The translations under genes were made by a program, and so were the position numbers. 64,000 nucleotides of DNA from Rhynchobatus australiae (Eukaryota). The stretch lies in the NCBI GenBank assembly GCA_034780895.1, contig JAUZTB010000083.1:8338999-8402998 (forward strand), written 5' to 3'. How positions within the stretch are numbered: position 1 is the stretch's first letter; every line of letters begins with the position of its first letter. Positions 1 through 11,999 of the stretch are shown in pieces. The notes beneath the pieces are model-generated. The model was not told the origin of the DNA. It saw nothing but the letters and a program-made list of their open reading frames with translations, and ran no database searches.

Positions 1-345
1 CATATTGATTTAAGAAACCCTGCTGGATGCACCAAACAAATTCTGTCCAAGTTTATATTAGGGAAATTGAAGTCACCCACTACAACAACCCTGTTGTTTT
101 TACACCTTAATCTGCCTGCATATCTGTTCCTCAATGTCCCATTGGCTACTGGGGGGTGGAAGGATGGTGGTGGAGATCTGTGGTATAGTCCCATTAGAGT
201 GATTGCACCTTTCTTATTTTTTTGAGCCCTACCCATATAGACTCAGTGTATGAGCCCTCCATATGTCCCCTCTGAGTGCAGCTGTGATATTTTTCCTGAT
301 TAATAATACACCCCCTTTAACATCCTTCTCTATCTTTTCTAAAAC
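1..345 (-). mobile_element. CR1 LINE ORF2 fragment, apurinic-like endonuclease region (decayed)
   Basis: Reverse complement of ~61-96 translates NRVVVVGDFNFP (APE GDFN motif). The NKKGAITLMG segment lies upstream on the same strand. Frameshifted. Confidence 0.88.
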
Positions 346-984
346 ATTTTTCTCTTTGATTCTTTAATCACGTATTCTTTTAAAAAAATTGCCCCATAAA
401 ATGTTGGAGTTGGAGGAGGCAATGAAAGATAATGATATAGCCATTGAATTTACAGATGAGCAGTTGAAAGGATTGGTGTGTGTGGAATTGTTTTTTTTGC
501 TCCAAGGATGCCCTAAAGCCTTCCTACCTCATGGATTTTTTTTTAAGGCACAGTCACTATCACAAATACAGTGGCTAGTTTGCATAAATAATGTGTGAAT
601 AAACCCTCTATTTGTTGCTAAAACTGGTTAAGTGAGGAAGGTGGCCAGGAAAGCATCTTGTTGTGTGTGAGTCCCTAATTTTTGCCTAGGTGGGTGATAG
701 GGACTCTGGTTTAACCTATTGGCCAAATGATATTGTTTCTGATAATCAGATATCAATCAGTGTCTTCAAATTGGCAAGTGCACTGCAATTGGCAAGAGGA
801 AAATCAAATTCGGTTAATTCTGTTTTTCTTTTTTTTTGTGATATTGAAGGATGGCATTCAGCCCATCGAGTCTATGTGGGCTCTTGGAGCAATCCTATCT
901 ATTCCATCAATCTTATTTCCCTTTAATGTACTCTTTCACCTACAATCATTAACGCTCTCCTGATTCACCCTGAAGATCTATAAG

Positions 985-1135
985 AAGGGCAATTTACTAT
1001 AGAAACTTGGCCTCCCAAACAACACGTCTTTGGGGTGTGGTAGAAAATGGAACATCCGGGGGAAACCCACATGTCATAGAGAATGTGTAAACTCCACACA
1101 GACGGCCTCGGGACAGAATCTGGAGCTGTAACAGC
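985..1135 (-). mobile_element. tRNA-derived V-SINE fragment
   Basis: cacgtctttggggtgtgg...ggaaacccac...gagaatgtgtaaactccacacagac is the reverse complement of the V-SINE core seen intact at 2058-2290. Confidence 0.8.
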
Positions 1136-1814
1136 AAGAGTTGGATACATGTACGAGACAAAAGGTGGCAACACAACTGTACAGAAATAGGAATGGAGAG
1201 TGANNNNNNNNNNTGATGCATCTGGAGTGTTAGAGATGAGAGTGAGGGGAAAGAAGGGCAGAGATAATCATGATGGTTTTGATTTTTAGATAGTGAATAG
1301 ATGAAAAGCTTGCAAAAGAAGATTGTTTTTTATTGTAAATCACAAAATAATTAAGTTGTCAGCAAGCCAGCCCAAATCTTCTTAAACATTTGGATTGCTC
1401 CAAGCAAAGAATTTCTACTTATTACAGAAACTACGTGTACTGAATTTGGGATTGGTACAACTCTAAGGCCTTAGTCTGGGACAGAACAGATACCTCCTCT
1501 TCCTGCCTACCACCAACTAAAGAAGAAAGTGTTTGTTAACCACAACTTTTTGTTTAGATTTGTTTGCAACTTTCAAATGTAGTTTAATTTCATACCATTA
1601 TTTGAAACTATTATTGCAGAAAGGGGGCCTTGGAGTTGGATGGGCTTGGAGTAGAAAACCCCTGGGTTGATGACCCTTAAACTCTTCAACATACTTGGGG
1701 CACAAATTGGCAAATTTGACACCCTAATACCCAGTATAAAGAATTAATATCTCTGCACTTAGAATACTACCTTTGGAAAGACATTATCAGCACTTGTGAT
1801 TATATATTATAGCA

Positions 1815-2372
1815 ATACATTGCAAGATGCTTCACAAGAGCATTACAGGATGACATTACAGCCATATAAAAGAGATATTAAGTTAGTTGACCAAGCTTGG
1901 TCAAAGGGTTAAGGTTTGTTTCAAAGGACAGTATAGAATGGTTTAGAGAGCAGTTTAGGAAGAGGATCCAAACTTTTGTCTCTGGCAACTGAAGGCGCAG
2001 CAGCCAGTAGTCAAGCAGTTAAATTCTGGGATGATCAGTTAAATTCTGGGATCATTAGGGCGGCATGGTAGCGTAGCAGTTAGCACAATGCTATTACAGC
2101 ATCAGCGATCAGGGTTTGATTCCCGTCGCTGTCTGTAAGGAGTTTGTACGTTCTCCCGTGTCTGCATGGGTTTCCTCCAGGTGCTCTGGTTTCCTCCCAC
2201 ATTCTAAAGGCGTACAGGTAGGTTAATTTGGGGCTTAAAATGGGTGGCGCGGACTCATTGGGCTGGAAGGGCCTGTTACCATGCTGTAAAATAAAATTTA
2301 TAAAAAATTTTTAAAAATTTAAATTTATAAAAAATTTAAATTTTATAGAATCAGGAGTGTAGATGCCTTGGA
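1815..2372 (-). mobile_element. L2 LINE 3' end (old), interrupted by the SINE at 2058
   Basis: gcttcacaagagc...tgaccaagcttggtcaaag...ggcaactgaaggc matches the recalled antisense shark L2 3' end. It resumes after the SINE tail (agaatcaggagtgtaga). Confidence 0.6.
2058..2346 (+). mobile_element. Near full-length tRNA-derived V-SINE with AT-rich tail
   Basis: A-box-like tggtagcgtagcag, B-box-like gggtttgattccc, V-domain (ggagtttgtacgttctcccgtgtctgcatgggtttcctcc), CR1-like tail gggctggaagggcctgttaccatgctgta, then A/T-only tract 2287-2346. Confidence 0.9.
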
Positions 2373-2889
2373 GTGTCTTCCACTGAAAATGAAAATTGGT
2401 TATTAATCAGGAANNNNNNNNNNNNNNNNNNNNNNNNNNNNNNNNNNNNNNNNNNNNNNNNNNNNNNNNNNNNNNNNNNNNNNNNNNNNNNNNNNNNNNN
2501 NNNNNNNNNNNNNGGCCCCTCAGGTACTTTTACGCGCACGTGCAACTTTCAGTTCTTTCAGTAAAGTGTGCTTCGACTGAGCATCCACAACTTCGAGTTC
2601 TTTTACTTTCACCGCAAACGGCTACATTTGTTCCATTTAGCTGCTGAGTGGATCAGAGTTAGTACTACATCTGGCTGCCAGTCTGGGGTGGGGAGAAAAA
2701 GTTCTGCAGAAATGTCTTAGTCAGTATTCAGGTAAGTCAAGAATTATTGGCATTGTAGGGATTATTTAGTAAATTTCTGAAACCTTCAGTTAGAGCATGG
2801 CTGGCACAGTCATTTTTCTTTGTGTTTAATTTTGTTCTTTCATGATATTTGATATTAGCTAGGCCATAATATTGATTTATATTCTGACC

Positions 2890-3006
2890 CTACACATCCT
2901 ACTGTGTGGGGCAGTACTAGATCTAGGGGATGAAGCCGGGCAAGTAGATAAAGTATTAGTGGGTGAGCACTTTAGCGATAATGACCGTAAGTCAGTAAGT
3001 TTCATG
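2890..3006 (+). mobile_element. CR1 ORF2 endonuclease C-terminal fragment
   Basis: ORF 2872-3063 contains GAVLDL...GQV...VGEHFSDND, resembling the CR1 LDLVL...GEHFGDSDH motif. Confidence 0.7.
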
Positions 3007-3061
3007 TTCCGAGTCAAGGGAAGGATGATTTCTTTATCATTAGATAAGACCTGGAAAATAT

Positions 3062-3390
3062 AACATAGAACAATACAGCACAGTACAGGCCCTTTGGCAT
3101 ACAATGTTGTGCCGATGTTTTATCCTACTCTAAGATCTATCTGACACTTCCCTGCCACATAGCCTGTGATTTTTCTATCATTCATGTGCCTATCTAAGAG
3201 TCTCTTACATGTCCCTAATGTACCTGCCTCCACTACCTCTGCCGGCAATGCATTCCACGCACCCACCACTCTCTGTGTAAAAAAAAAAGAAAATACCCAT
3301 GACAACTGCCCATACCTTCCTCTATCCCCCTTTACCTTCTTAAAATTATGCCTCCTCGTGTTAGCCATTTTCACCCTGGGAAAAAGTCTC
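3062..3390 (-). mobile_element. CR1 LINE 3' end (younger copy)
   Basis: ORF 3120-3428 has FFTQRVVGAWNALPAEVVEAGTLGTCKRLLDRHM, the typical CR1 ORF2 C-terminus. Tail aacatagaacaatacagcac. Confidence 0.9.
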
Positions 3391-4345
3391 TGTCTGTCTC
3401 TGGGTGAAAGAATCCTTATCTCCTCCAAATGTCTTCCCTCTTACCCCAAATGTCTGTCTTCTATTTTTATTTATCTTTGATATAGGGAAAAGTTTCCTGC
3501 ATACTATCCTATCTATATGCCTCATAACATTATACACCTCAATCATGTCCCCACTTAACCTTGCCACTCCAGGGAAAATGCACCTAGTTTCTCCAGTCCC
3601 TCCTCATAACTGAACTGCTCCATCCCAGGCAACGTGCTGGTAAACCTCCTCTGGTCCCTCTTCAGGCTATCACATCCTTTCTATAGTATAGTGACCAGAA
3701 CTGCGCACAGTATTCCAGCTGAGATCTGACCTAGGTTTTATAAAGTTGGAATATAGCTTCCCTGCTTCTGTATTTGATGCCTTGACTAATGAAGAACAGT
3801 ATCCTGTATGCCATGTTATCTACCTGTGTTTCCACCTTCCAGGATCTATGGATTCCAAGGTCCCTCTGTTCCTCAATACTCCCCAAGACCCCACAATTCG
3901 TGGTGTATGCCCTAGCTTCATTAGTACTTCTAAAATGCACTACCTCACATGTCTGTATTAAACTTCATTTGTCATTTTTCAGCCCACTTAACTAAAACAT
4001 GTATGTTTCTCTGCAACCTAAGATTAACTTTCACAATATCAACAACTCTGGCAATCTTCATTTCATCTGTGAACTAACCAATCGTGCCTCCCACATCCAT
4101 GTCTTTCGTGTATATTCCAAACAGCAAGGGTCCTAGCACCAATCCTAGTGGGACACCACTAGTCACAGGCATCCAATCGCAAAAAAAGAGCCTTCTACCA
4201 TCATCTTCTGTCTCCTATTGCCAAACCAGTTTGTCAACTTGCCTTGGATCCCACGGGCTCTAACCTATTGAATCAAGTCTCCTGTATGGGATCTTGTCAA
4301 ATGCCTCACTAAAGTCCATGTAAATTACATTTACTTCTCTGCCTT
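3391..4345 (-). mobile_element. CR1 LINE ORF2 RT to C-terminal region (older copy)
   Basis: Reverse complement near 4288-4328 reads VIYMDFSEAFDKIP. ORFs 3731-3940 (EEQRDLGI) and 3361-3567 (RLSGDMIEVYNVM) are CR1 ORF2 segments. Confidence 0.88.
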
Positions 4346-4367
4346 AAACTAATTTACCGAACTGTGT

Positions 4368-5546
4368 TGATTATTGTCACGTGTATAGAGGTACAGTGAA
4401 AATCTTTGTTTTGCATGCCATCCATACAGATCACTTCATTGTATCAGTGTATTGAAGTAGTATGGAAGAGCAATAACAATGCAGAATAAAATGTTACAGA
4501 GAAAGTGCTGGCAGACAATAAGGTGCAAGACTATGTCGAGGTAGATTCTGAAGTCAAGGATCTATCTTATTGTACTAGGGGACCATTCAATAGTCTTATA
4601 CCAGCGGGATAGAAGCTTGGTGGTATGTCCTTTCAGGCTTTTGTATCTTTTGCCCGATGGGAGGGGGGAGGAGCGAAAAATTTTGGGGTGGGCTACTTTG
4701 ATTATGTTGGCTACTTTGCCGAGGCAGCAAGAAGTGTGGACAACAGTTCAAGGAGGGAAGGCTGGTTTCTATGATGTGCTGAACTGTGTCCACAACTCTA
4801 CAGTTTTTTGCAGTCTCAGGCAGAGCAGTTGTCATAACAAGTTGTGATGTGTGATGCATCTAGGTAGGATACTTTTTACGGTGCAGTAATAAAAATTGGT
4901 GTGCGTCAAAGGGGACATGCCAAATTTCTTTAGCCGCCTGAGGAAGCAGAGGCACTGGTGTGCTTTCTTGGCTGTGGCCTCTACGTGGTTGGACCAGGAC
5001 AGGCTATTGGTGATGTTCACTCCGAGGAACTTGAAGCTCTCGACCTCAGCACAGCTGATACAAACAGCCCACCTTCCTGAAGTCAATGATCAGCTCTTTT
5101 GTTTTGCTGACATTGAGGGAAAGGTTGTTGTTATGACACCATGTCACTAAGCTCTGTGACTCATTGCTGTTTGAGATGCAGCCTATTACAGTGGTGTCAT
5201 CTGCAAACTTGTAGATGGAGATAGAGCAGTATCTGGCCACACAGTCTTGAGTGTATAGGGAGTAAAGTAAGGAGCTGAGGATAGAGCCTTGTGAGGCATC
5301 AGTGTTGAGGATAATTGTGGTGGAGGTGTTGTTCCCTATCCTTACTGATTGTGGCCTGATGGTCAGGAAGTCAAAGATCCAGTTGCAAAGAGAGGTGTTG
5401 AGTTCCAGCTCGAGTTTGGAGATGAGCTTGCTTGGAATTATAGTATTGAAGGCAGAGCTGTAGTCAATAAACAGTAGTCTAATGTAGGTGTCTTTATTGT
5501 TCAGATGCTCCACAGATGAGTGTAGGACCAGGGAGATGGCGTCCAT
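4368..5546 (-). mobile_element. Rex1/Babar-type LINE, RT plus C-terminal domain and 3' UTR, 5'-truncated
   Basis: ORF 5046-5546 DAISLVLH...[19 protein letters not shown]...KFADDTT (RT core). ORF 4832-5086 FKFLGVNITNSLSWSNH...FLRRLKKFG. Confidence 0.92.
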
Positions 5547-6030
5547 TTTAAACCTTCTTCAATAGTGCTAGCAAACCTCCCAGCAAGGGTGTTGGTCCCA
5601 CTCTGGTTAAGTTGCAACCTGTACAGGTCCCATCTTCCCCACAAATGGTTCCAATGATGCAGGAACCTAATGCCTATCTTCCTGCACCATCCCTTCAGCT
5701 ATGCATTTATCTGACCTATTCTTCTATACTCACTAGCTCATGGCATCAGAAGCAATCCAGAGATTACAACCTTTGAAGTCCTGTGTTTTAAATGGCCATC
5801 TAGCTCCCTAACCTCACATTGAACTACCTCATCCCATCTATTTATGTCACTGGTACATGTAGCATGACCTCTAGCTGTTCTCCCTCCTCTTTCAGAATCT
5901 CCTGAAGCCACCCTGGGCCTTCCTTGATCCTAGCACCATGGAGACAGCATACCAACCTCTAGTTTCTTTTGCAGCCATAGAAACAACTATCTACCACCTT
6001 TACAATAGAATCCTCTACCACTATTGCTCT
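5547..6030 (-). mobile_element. CR1 ORF1 fragment (SGNH esterase-like domain)
   Basis: Reverse complement of ~5550-5618 translates [23 protein letters not shown], the recalled end of CR1 ORF1. A decayed GDSIV-like start lies near 6000-6030. Confidence 0.8.
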
Positions 6031-6189
6031 CCGAGTCTCGTGTATCCCCCACCCTCCCACAACCTTCTGTACTGCAATACTCGATGGTATTGTTACTGTT
6101 CTCCCATGGGCGCCTCCCCTTTCTTCCCCCACCCCTCCACCCCCATACTACCCAACACACTAAAGAGGTGTGGGGGATAGTTTTTAAAA

Positions 6190-7900
6190 AAAAATTAGTA
6201 AGGCAAAGAGGGGCCATGAAATATCAATGACAGAGTAGATTGAGGAAAGTTCCAAGGCATTTTGTAAGTATATTTAAGAGCAAGAGGGTAACTGGGAAAA
6301 GAGTGGGGCCCAAAATGGACCAAAGGTGTAATCTGTATGTGTCGAGCCAGAGGATGTCGACAAGGTTTTAAATTAATATTTTTCATCTGTATTCACTAAG
6401 GAGAAAGACATTGTAGATGGCGATTTCATTTGGGACAGTGAAATTATGGAGCACGTTATAATTAATAAGGGAGACCTGATCAAGATATTTAAATCTTTGC
6501 TGGCCACAGATGAGGTGCCAGATGACTGGAGGACAGCAAATGTGGTACCTTTAGTCAAGGGCAGCAGGAATAGGCCAGTTAGTCTAATGTCAGTGGTGAG
6601 AAAATTATTGGAAAAAAATTCTGAGGGGCAGGGTAATCTATACTGGGAAAGACGTGGATTGACCAGGGATAGTCAGCATGGATTTGTTGGTGGGAGATCC
6701 TGTATGACTAACTTAATTTAATATTTCAAAGAGGTAACTAAATATATTGATGAGGACGGTGCAGTTTGTGTGGTTTACATGGACTTCTGTAAAGCCTTTG
6801 ACAATCACACATAGAAGGCTAATTCAAAAAGTTAGAGCTCATAGGATCCATGGAAAATTGGATCCAAAATTGGCTTCACAATATGAGATGAGGGTGATGG
6901 TGGAGGGTTGCTTTTGTAATTGCAAGACTATGACCAACAATAATGGGACTTGCTGTTTGTTACATAGATTAATGCCTTAACTATCCATATAGGAGATATG
7001 ATTAAAGTCTCAGATGACAAAAATTGGTGATGCTGTTGATAGTGAGAGGGTAGTCTTAGGTTGCAGAATGAAAGTGATTAGTTGGTAACTTGGGCAGAAC
7101 AATGGAAAGATGGAATTTAAACCTGATAGGTGTGAGGTGACGCACTTTGGGTGGAGGCGGTGGGATGTCAAATAAAGATTGGATATATTCTGTGAATGGT
7201 GGTGCCCTAGGGAGTGTTGAGGAATAAAGGGATCTTGTTGTAAAAGTCCAAGGATTCCTTTAGGTGGCAGCACAGGTTGTTAGGATGGTGAAGATGGCAC
7301 ATGAGATGCTTGTCTTTGTTAACGAGGACATAAAGTATAAGAGCAGGGGCAACTTTGTAAAATATTGGCTAGGCCACAGTTGGAATATAGTATGTAGTCC
7401 TGTGCCACACTACAGGAAGGATGTGATTGCACTGGGAGTTTGCAGAGAAGATTACCTGGGATGGAATGTTACAGTTTTGAAAAGAGACTCGATAAATTGG
7501 GTTTGTTTTCCTTGGACCAGAGGAGACAAGAGTGGGACCTGACAGATGTATGCAAAATTATGAAAGGAATAGATTGGGTAGGATAGTAAGAGACGTTTCC
7601 CCTAGATAGGGGTGTATAATACTAGAGGGCATAGGTTAAAGTTGAGGAATGAAAGGTTTAGAGAGAGTCTGAGGAAGATTTTTTCATCCAAAGGGTAGTT
7701 GCAATTTGGAATGCACTGAGAAGATGGTGGAGGCAGGTACTCTCACAACTTTTAAGAAGCATCTGGAAGAACACTTGAATCACTGACACATAGTAGGCTA
7801 CCAACCAAGTGACGGTAAATGGGATTAGTATAGATAAATACTTGATATTCATTGTAGACATGGTGACCAAGAGTCCTGTTTCTATGCTGTATGACACTGA
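6190..7900 (+). mobile_element. CR1 LINE ORF2 (linker, RT, C-terminus) and 3' UTR, decayed
   Basis: ORF 6446-6721 VPDDWRTANVVPL...RPVSLMSVV...SQHGFVGGRSCMTNLI. YMDFCKAFD near 6776. 3' end cctgtttctatgctgtatgac. Confidence 0.92.
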
Positions 7901-9547
7901 TGTTATGTGCATTTGCCCATGTTTTAGCATTAACATCTACTTTCTGCCACTGGCACAACTTCCAACTGGATGATATGTGAGAGATGAACAAATTTAGCTA
8001 CATTTTGAATTGGTTATCTTTGTTCAAGAGTTGTTCTGATAACTCTGATGACGAGCAGTAGCCCAAAAAATTGTTCTTTGTTCTGAAGGGGTGTCTGATG
8101 ACATAGTGGTTCCATATGAGAGTGATTCACTGTGAGCAGTTGGGAAATACCCTGAGGATGTGTATATTAATTCTCAGTCTCCTACAGTCTTGTTCATCAT
8201 TGTTATGAACATGTTGATTATGTGCTATTAGTAGCCAAAAGTGAAGCAGTTTAAATGGGCAGGTTGGATAGCCGTTGAACTGCCCTAAATTATAATACTT
8301 TCATTGTTGCTCTGTGATGGAGATAGAGAGAAATTGAGTCCTCTTCGGTCCAACCCTTTATGGTCAGAAATGAGGTGTAAATTTTCTAATTTCTGTTTAA
8401 ACATTTTTTCTTAAAATCTGCATTGTCATTTTCAAAATTAGAACCCTATCGCAAAACTACTGAATCATTTTGTGGGCAAGCTATCAGCCCATCCTTGTTT
8501 AGAAGAAAATGTGCCTCTCTGTTTTATCAGGTTTGTTAACTAATTGTCACTGGTTACAGGTGACTTGTCTGCTTCTAGGGATGCATTAGATTGGAAAAAC
8601 GAGCAAAAGAGGCAAAGGGATAATTAATTTCTTACACTAGTAGATCAGGGGTTAGAATGTTTTTTTAAAGTATAGTGGCCATAGAATGCTTATGTAAACT
8701 TGGTCTTGACTTTTTAAAAAAAACTTTTTAGATCAAGGCTTTTTTTTTTACTTTTTGGCTTGGAGGTTTATTCTAATCATTGTGATCTATAAATAATATA
8801 CCCATTTTGTTATTTCTTCACAAATGGTGGACAGCTTGGCATTGAAGATTAGACTGTGCAGAAAGATTATATAATTTTGCACTGGTGTGTTCCGAAATGG
8901 TTCACGTAGAATTAGCACCTTGATTTACTGAGATTAGAATAGGCTTGTGAGAATATTTGTATTTGAGTAGTCTCTGGTTTAGAGCAGCTGTGTGTTTCAG
9001 TGCCTTTGAAATGGTGGATAGCTAAGAAAGAACTAAGGAAAGTAAATAACTTCTCAAGTTAAGCAATTTTTACTTTTTTATCTTTGTATGTGGCTTTGAG
9101 GGCTTAGAGCTTATTAGTTATCTAATCAAAAATTCAACATTAAATATGGTTACTATGGTTCCTTAATGTTAGTACACAATACCATAATATCTTCAAAGTC
9201 ATCATGTAACAACAATGAATGAGATTATTGAAAACTAAAGTGGTATTTCTATACTGCATTGTAACATTCACTGGGTATGTGGATTTTCATGAAAGAAAAT
9301 TACTGTATTTCAGTGAATTACCATGCAAATATATTTATGATTTCCTCAAACTTGCCTGCCAATTTACAGCAAGTTAGATTTTGGGGTGCTACCTGAGGTA
9401 CGAACATTAAGAACTATTCAATGTTTGTTGATTTATGTTACAGACATCCTTATTGAGCTGATGGGACCTCTGGTTACTGACTTAACAAAATGCAGAAATG
9501 CATCTGTGGTGTGTAAATAAGAATAGAAAGTGTTTCTAATGAAAATG

Positions 9548-9825
9548 CATGAAAGGTCATCAACTTGAGTTTGTTTCCTTCTCCACTGATAGGGTGGTGG
9601 AGGCAAATTCATTGGGGGCATTTAAGAGGGCCTTGGATGGGCACATGAATGAGAGGAAAATGGAGGGATATGGGCATTCTGTAGGCAGGGGGGATTAGCT
9701 ATGTTGGCACAACATTGTGGGCCGAAGGGCCTGTTCTGTCCAATACTGTTCTATGTTCTATATATACTGCGTGAAAACATTTTTTGTTTTATTCCAGATT
9801 CCTAACATCTGCAGTATTTTGGTTT
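9548..9825 (+). mobile_element. Penelope-type terminal repeat fragment, split by a CR1 3' end
   Basis: gaaaggtcatcaacttga...ttctccac on the left and attccagattcctaacatctgcagtatttt on the right match the repeat at 26050-26180 and 46909-47035. Confidence 0.6.
9590..9760 (+). mobile_element. CR1 LINE 3' end
   Basis: gtggtggaggca...catttaagagg...ggcacaacattgtgggccgaagggcctgttctg...tgttctatgttcta tail. Confidence 0.88.
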
Positions 9826-10864
9826 GGATTTCTGCTTTGAGATTATGTTTGTCTGGATGGAGTTGGGCTTAAATCCGTAGTCTGATTTGGAATAATTATT
9901 TTGCATTTCTTAGAAGTTTCTCTTTTCTTTGGTGTAACTAGCACTTAAATTTAAAAAAATATTTTGGTACTTTCATGGGTCTGCAGCTTTGTATAATGAT
10001 TCCTGGTTATATTGAAAAGGGGACTTTAAAGAATTAATGCCAAGAATGCTGTGGATGGAAAATGCAATTTGATCAGATATCAGTGCCATTCTGAATGTAG
10101 GGTTCAATATTGGCAATATTACCAATAATTTTGTACTTCCTGCATTTGAGGCATGTACTTTTCCTCTAAACTATTGAATTGTGGTTAACGGCCTTTAAAA
10201 CCATTGGAGCAGTTTACAGGAATGTCATGTGATTGCTCTCATCAAGCACAGAATTTAGCATCTGAGTTGGTTATTGGGTCAAACTGAAGGAAGAGGTTTG
10301 TAGAGAAGAAACTGAGATATCGTTTCAAAATCAGTGCATAACCCATTCTTTCAAAAATTTCCTGGAAGGAGCCCTGATTATGAAATTGTACAATTGTTCT
10401 TTTACCCAAATTCACAGCCAATGGAGTTTTTATAGCTTTGGGTTTAAGCCGTAGATTTGACATAGATTTGGCAGTCCTCAGGCAGGAATTGTTGAGCATT
10501 TCTTACACTGTTCAATCTGTTCCACAAAATAAGACTAGCTGCTTTTTGTTAGTATAACTGAAAAGTTTTCTTCACCCTCCAAACCCCACAAATACTGATT
10601 TCTTTCTGGAATATAGGACCACTTTTCAATTAGCCTTAAGTGCCTTCACTTTGAGTAGAGCATTCATAGTGCTGTATGACATTGGTAGGTGCCTTTATGC
10701 TGGTATAGCCTGTGGAAACTGGTTTCCAGCCAGCACTTTAGTTTGGAAATTTCTGGTTGAAGTTTGTGGAACAATGAGATGATGCAAAACCAGGTTTAGT
10801 CAGTACACTTTATGATGTTATTGAAAGTTGATTGATATGTAGACTAATTGATGATAAAGATACT

Positions 10865-11445
10865 TACCAACTCACACCAATCTAGTTCACTTGTTACCCC
10901 TATGCTTGCTGATGTACATTGGTTACTGGAAAACACCTCAGCTTCAGAGTTCTCATCGTCGATTTCACATTCCTGCATGGCTCCATCCCTTCAACTCTCT
11001 GTAATCTTATCTAATTCTATAACCCACCAAATTTATTTTTATTCATTTAACAGATAGGGATGAGCTGTGTGGCAATCAGAACTGCCCTTCTTCAAGGTGG
11101 TGATGAGTCACCTGCACCACAGCAGTCTTTAATATGTAGGTGCTCCAACAGCACAGTTGGGTAGGGATGTCCACTATTTCAATGGAGTGACAATGAAATA
11201 AAAGTCGTTGTATTTCCAAATTAAGGTGTGTTTTGGAGGGATATTTCCAGGTGGTCATGCTTCCATGCACTTGCTACCCTTGTCATTCTTGGTTGTGGAT
11301 TTGGGAGGTATTTTGCCTTCAATTACTAAGACCCTGCTTGGGAATTCTATCCTTAAAAACTCGCTGTCCTTCTATCCATTTCTCTCCTTTTAGAATGCTT
11401 GTTAAACCTACCTCCTTGACAAAGCTTATGGCCACCCATGCTTCT
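10865..11445 (+). mobile_element. L2 LINE 3' region, interrupted at ~11030-11310
   Basis: ttacccctatgcttgctgatgtacattggtta (ITP.L..LHWL motif) on the left. gccttca...ggaattc...aaacctacctccttgacaaagctt on the right. Confidence 0.65.
11030..11310 (-). mobile_element. 3' fragment of a second CR1/L2-group LINE family
   Basis: tgccctt...aaggtggtgatgag...tatttccaa...caggtggtcatgcttccatgcacttgctacccttgtc. Appears to be the same family as 54700-55090. Confidence 0.6.
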
Positions 11446-11999
11446 GTGATTCAGAATCAAATTATATACTTCTGTGAATAGCGATAGGTTCAAGTTCTTT
11501 AGCGGGAACACTAGTAAACAACATTTGACATGGGGCATGCTGCTGAAAGAATAGATGTGTGTAATGTTACACTAAAATATTTCATCTTTCACATATCTCT
11601 GACTGAAATCCAAATCCATGTTAACTTCAGACCTGACCACTTTAATGCTTTCTTGGCCATTCTTCCACTTTGTTCCATCCATAAACTTCAGCTCACCAGT
11701 TCTTACTGCGTGTATCGTGGTCTGTTACCAAACCTTTTTCCTTCATTATTCACTGACCAGCCTTGCATTTGGTGATATGCATCTGCTTCTGATTCACTAA
11801 CATATTCGTTTATATGCTCATGTAAAAATCTCTCTGTATGTCTTTATTCTTCCCTTTCTCCATGATAATCTTTGGCTTTCCAACCCTCAAAAAACTCTGG
11901 ATTCTTCACCTCTGTANNNNNNNNNNNNNNNNNNNNNNNNNNNNNNNNNNNNNNNNNNNNNNNNNNNNNNNCCCCACCTCTGTCTCCTCATTTAATTAT

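Noticed and set aside
2058-2130. tRNA gene
   Set aside because: The A/B boxes belong to the SINE head, followed by the V-domain and CR1-like tail. No cloverleaf.
8045-8070. ctgatga...aaaa as a hammerhead (also ~57337)
   Set aside because: No proper stem II, GAAA or stem I.
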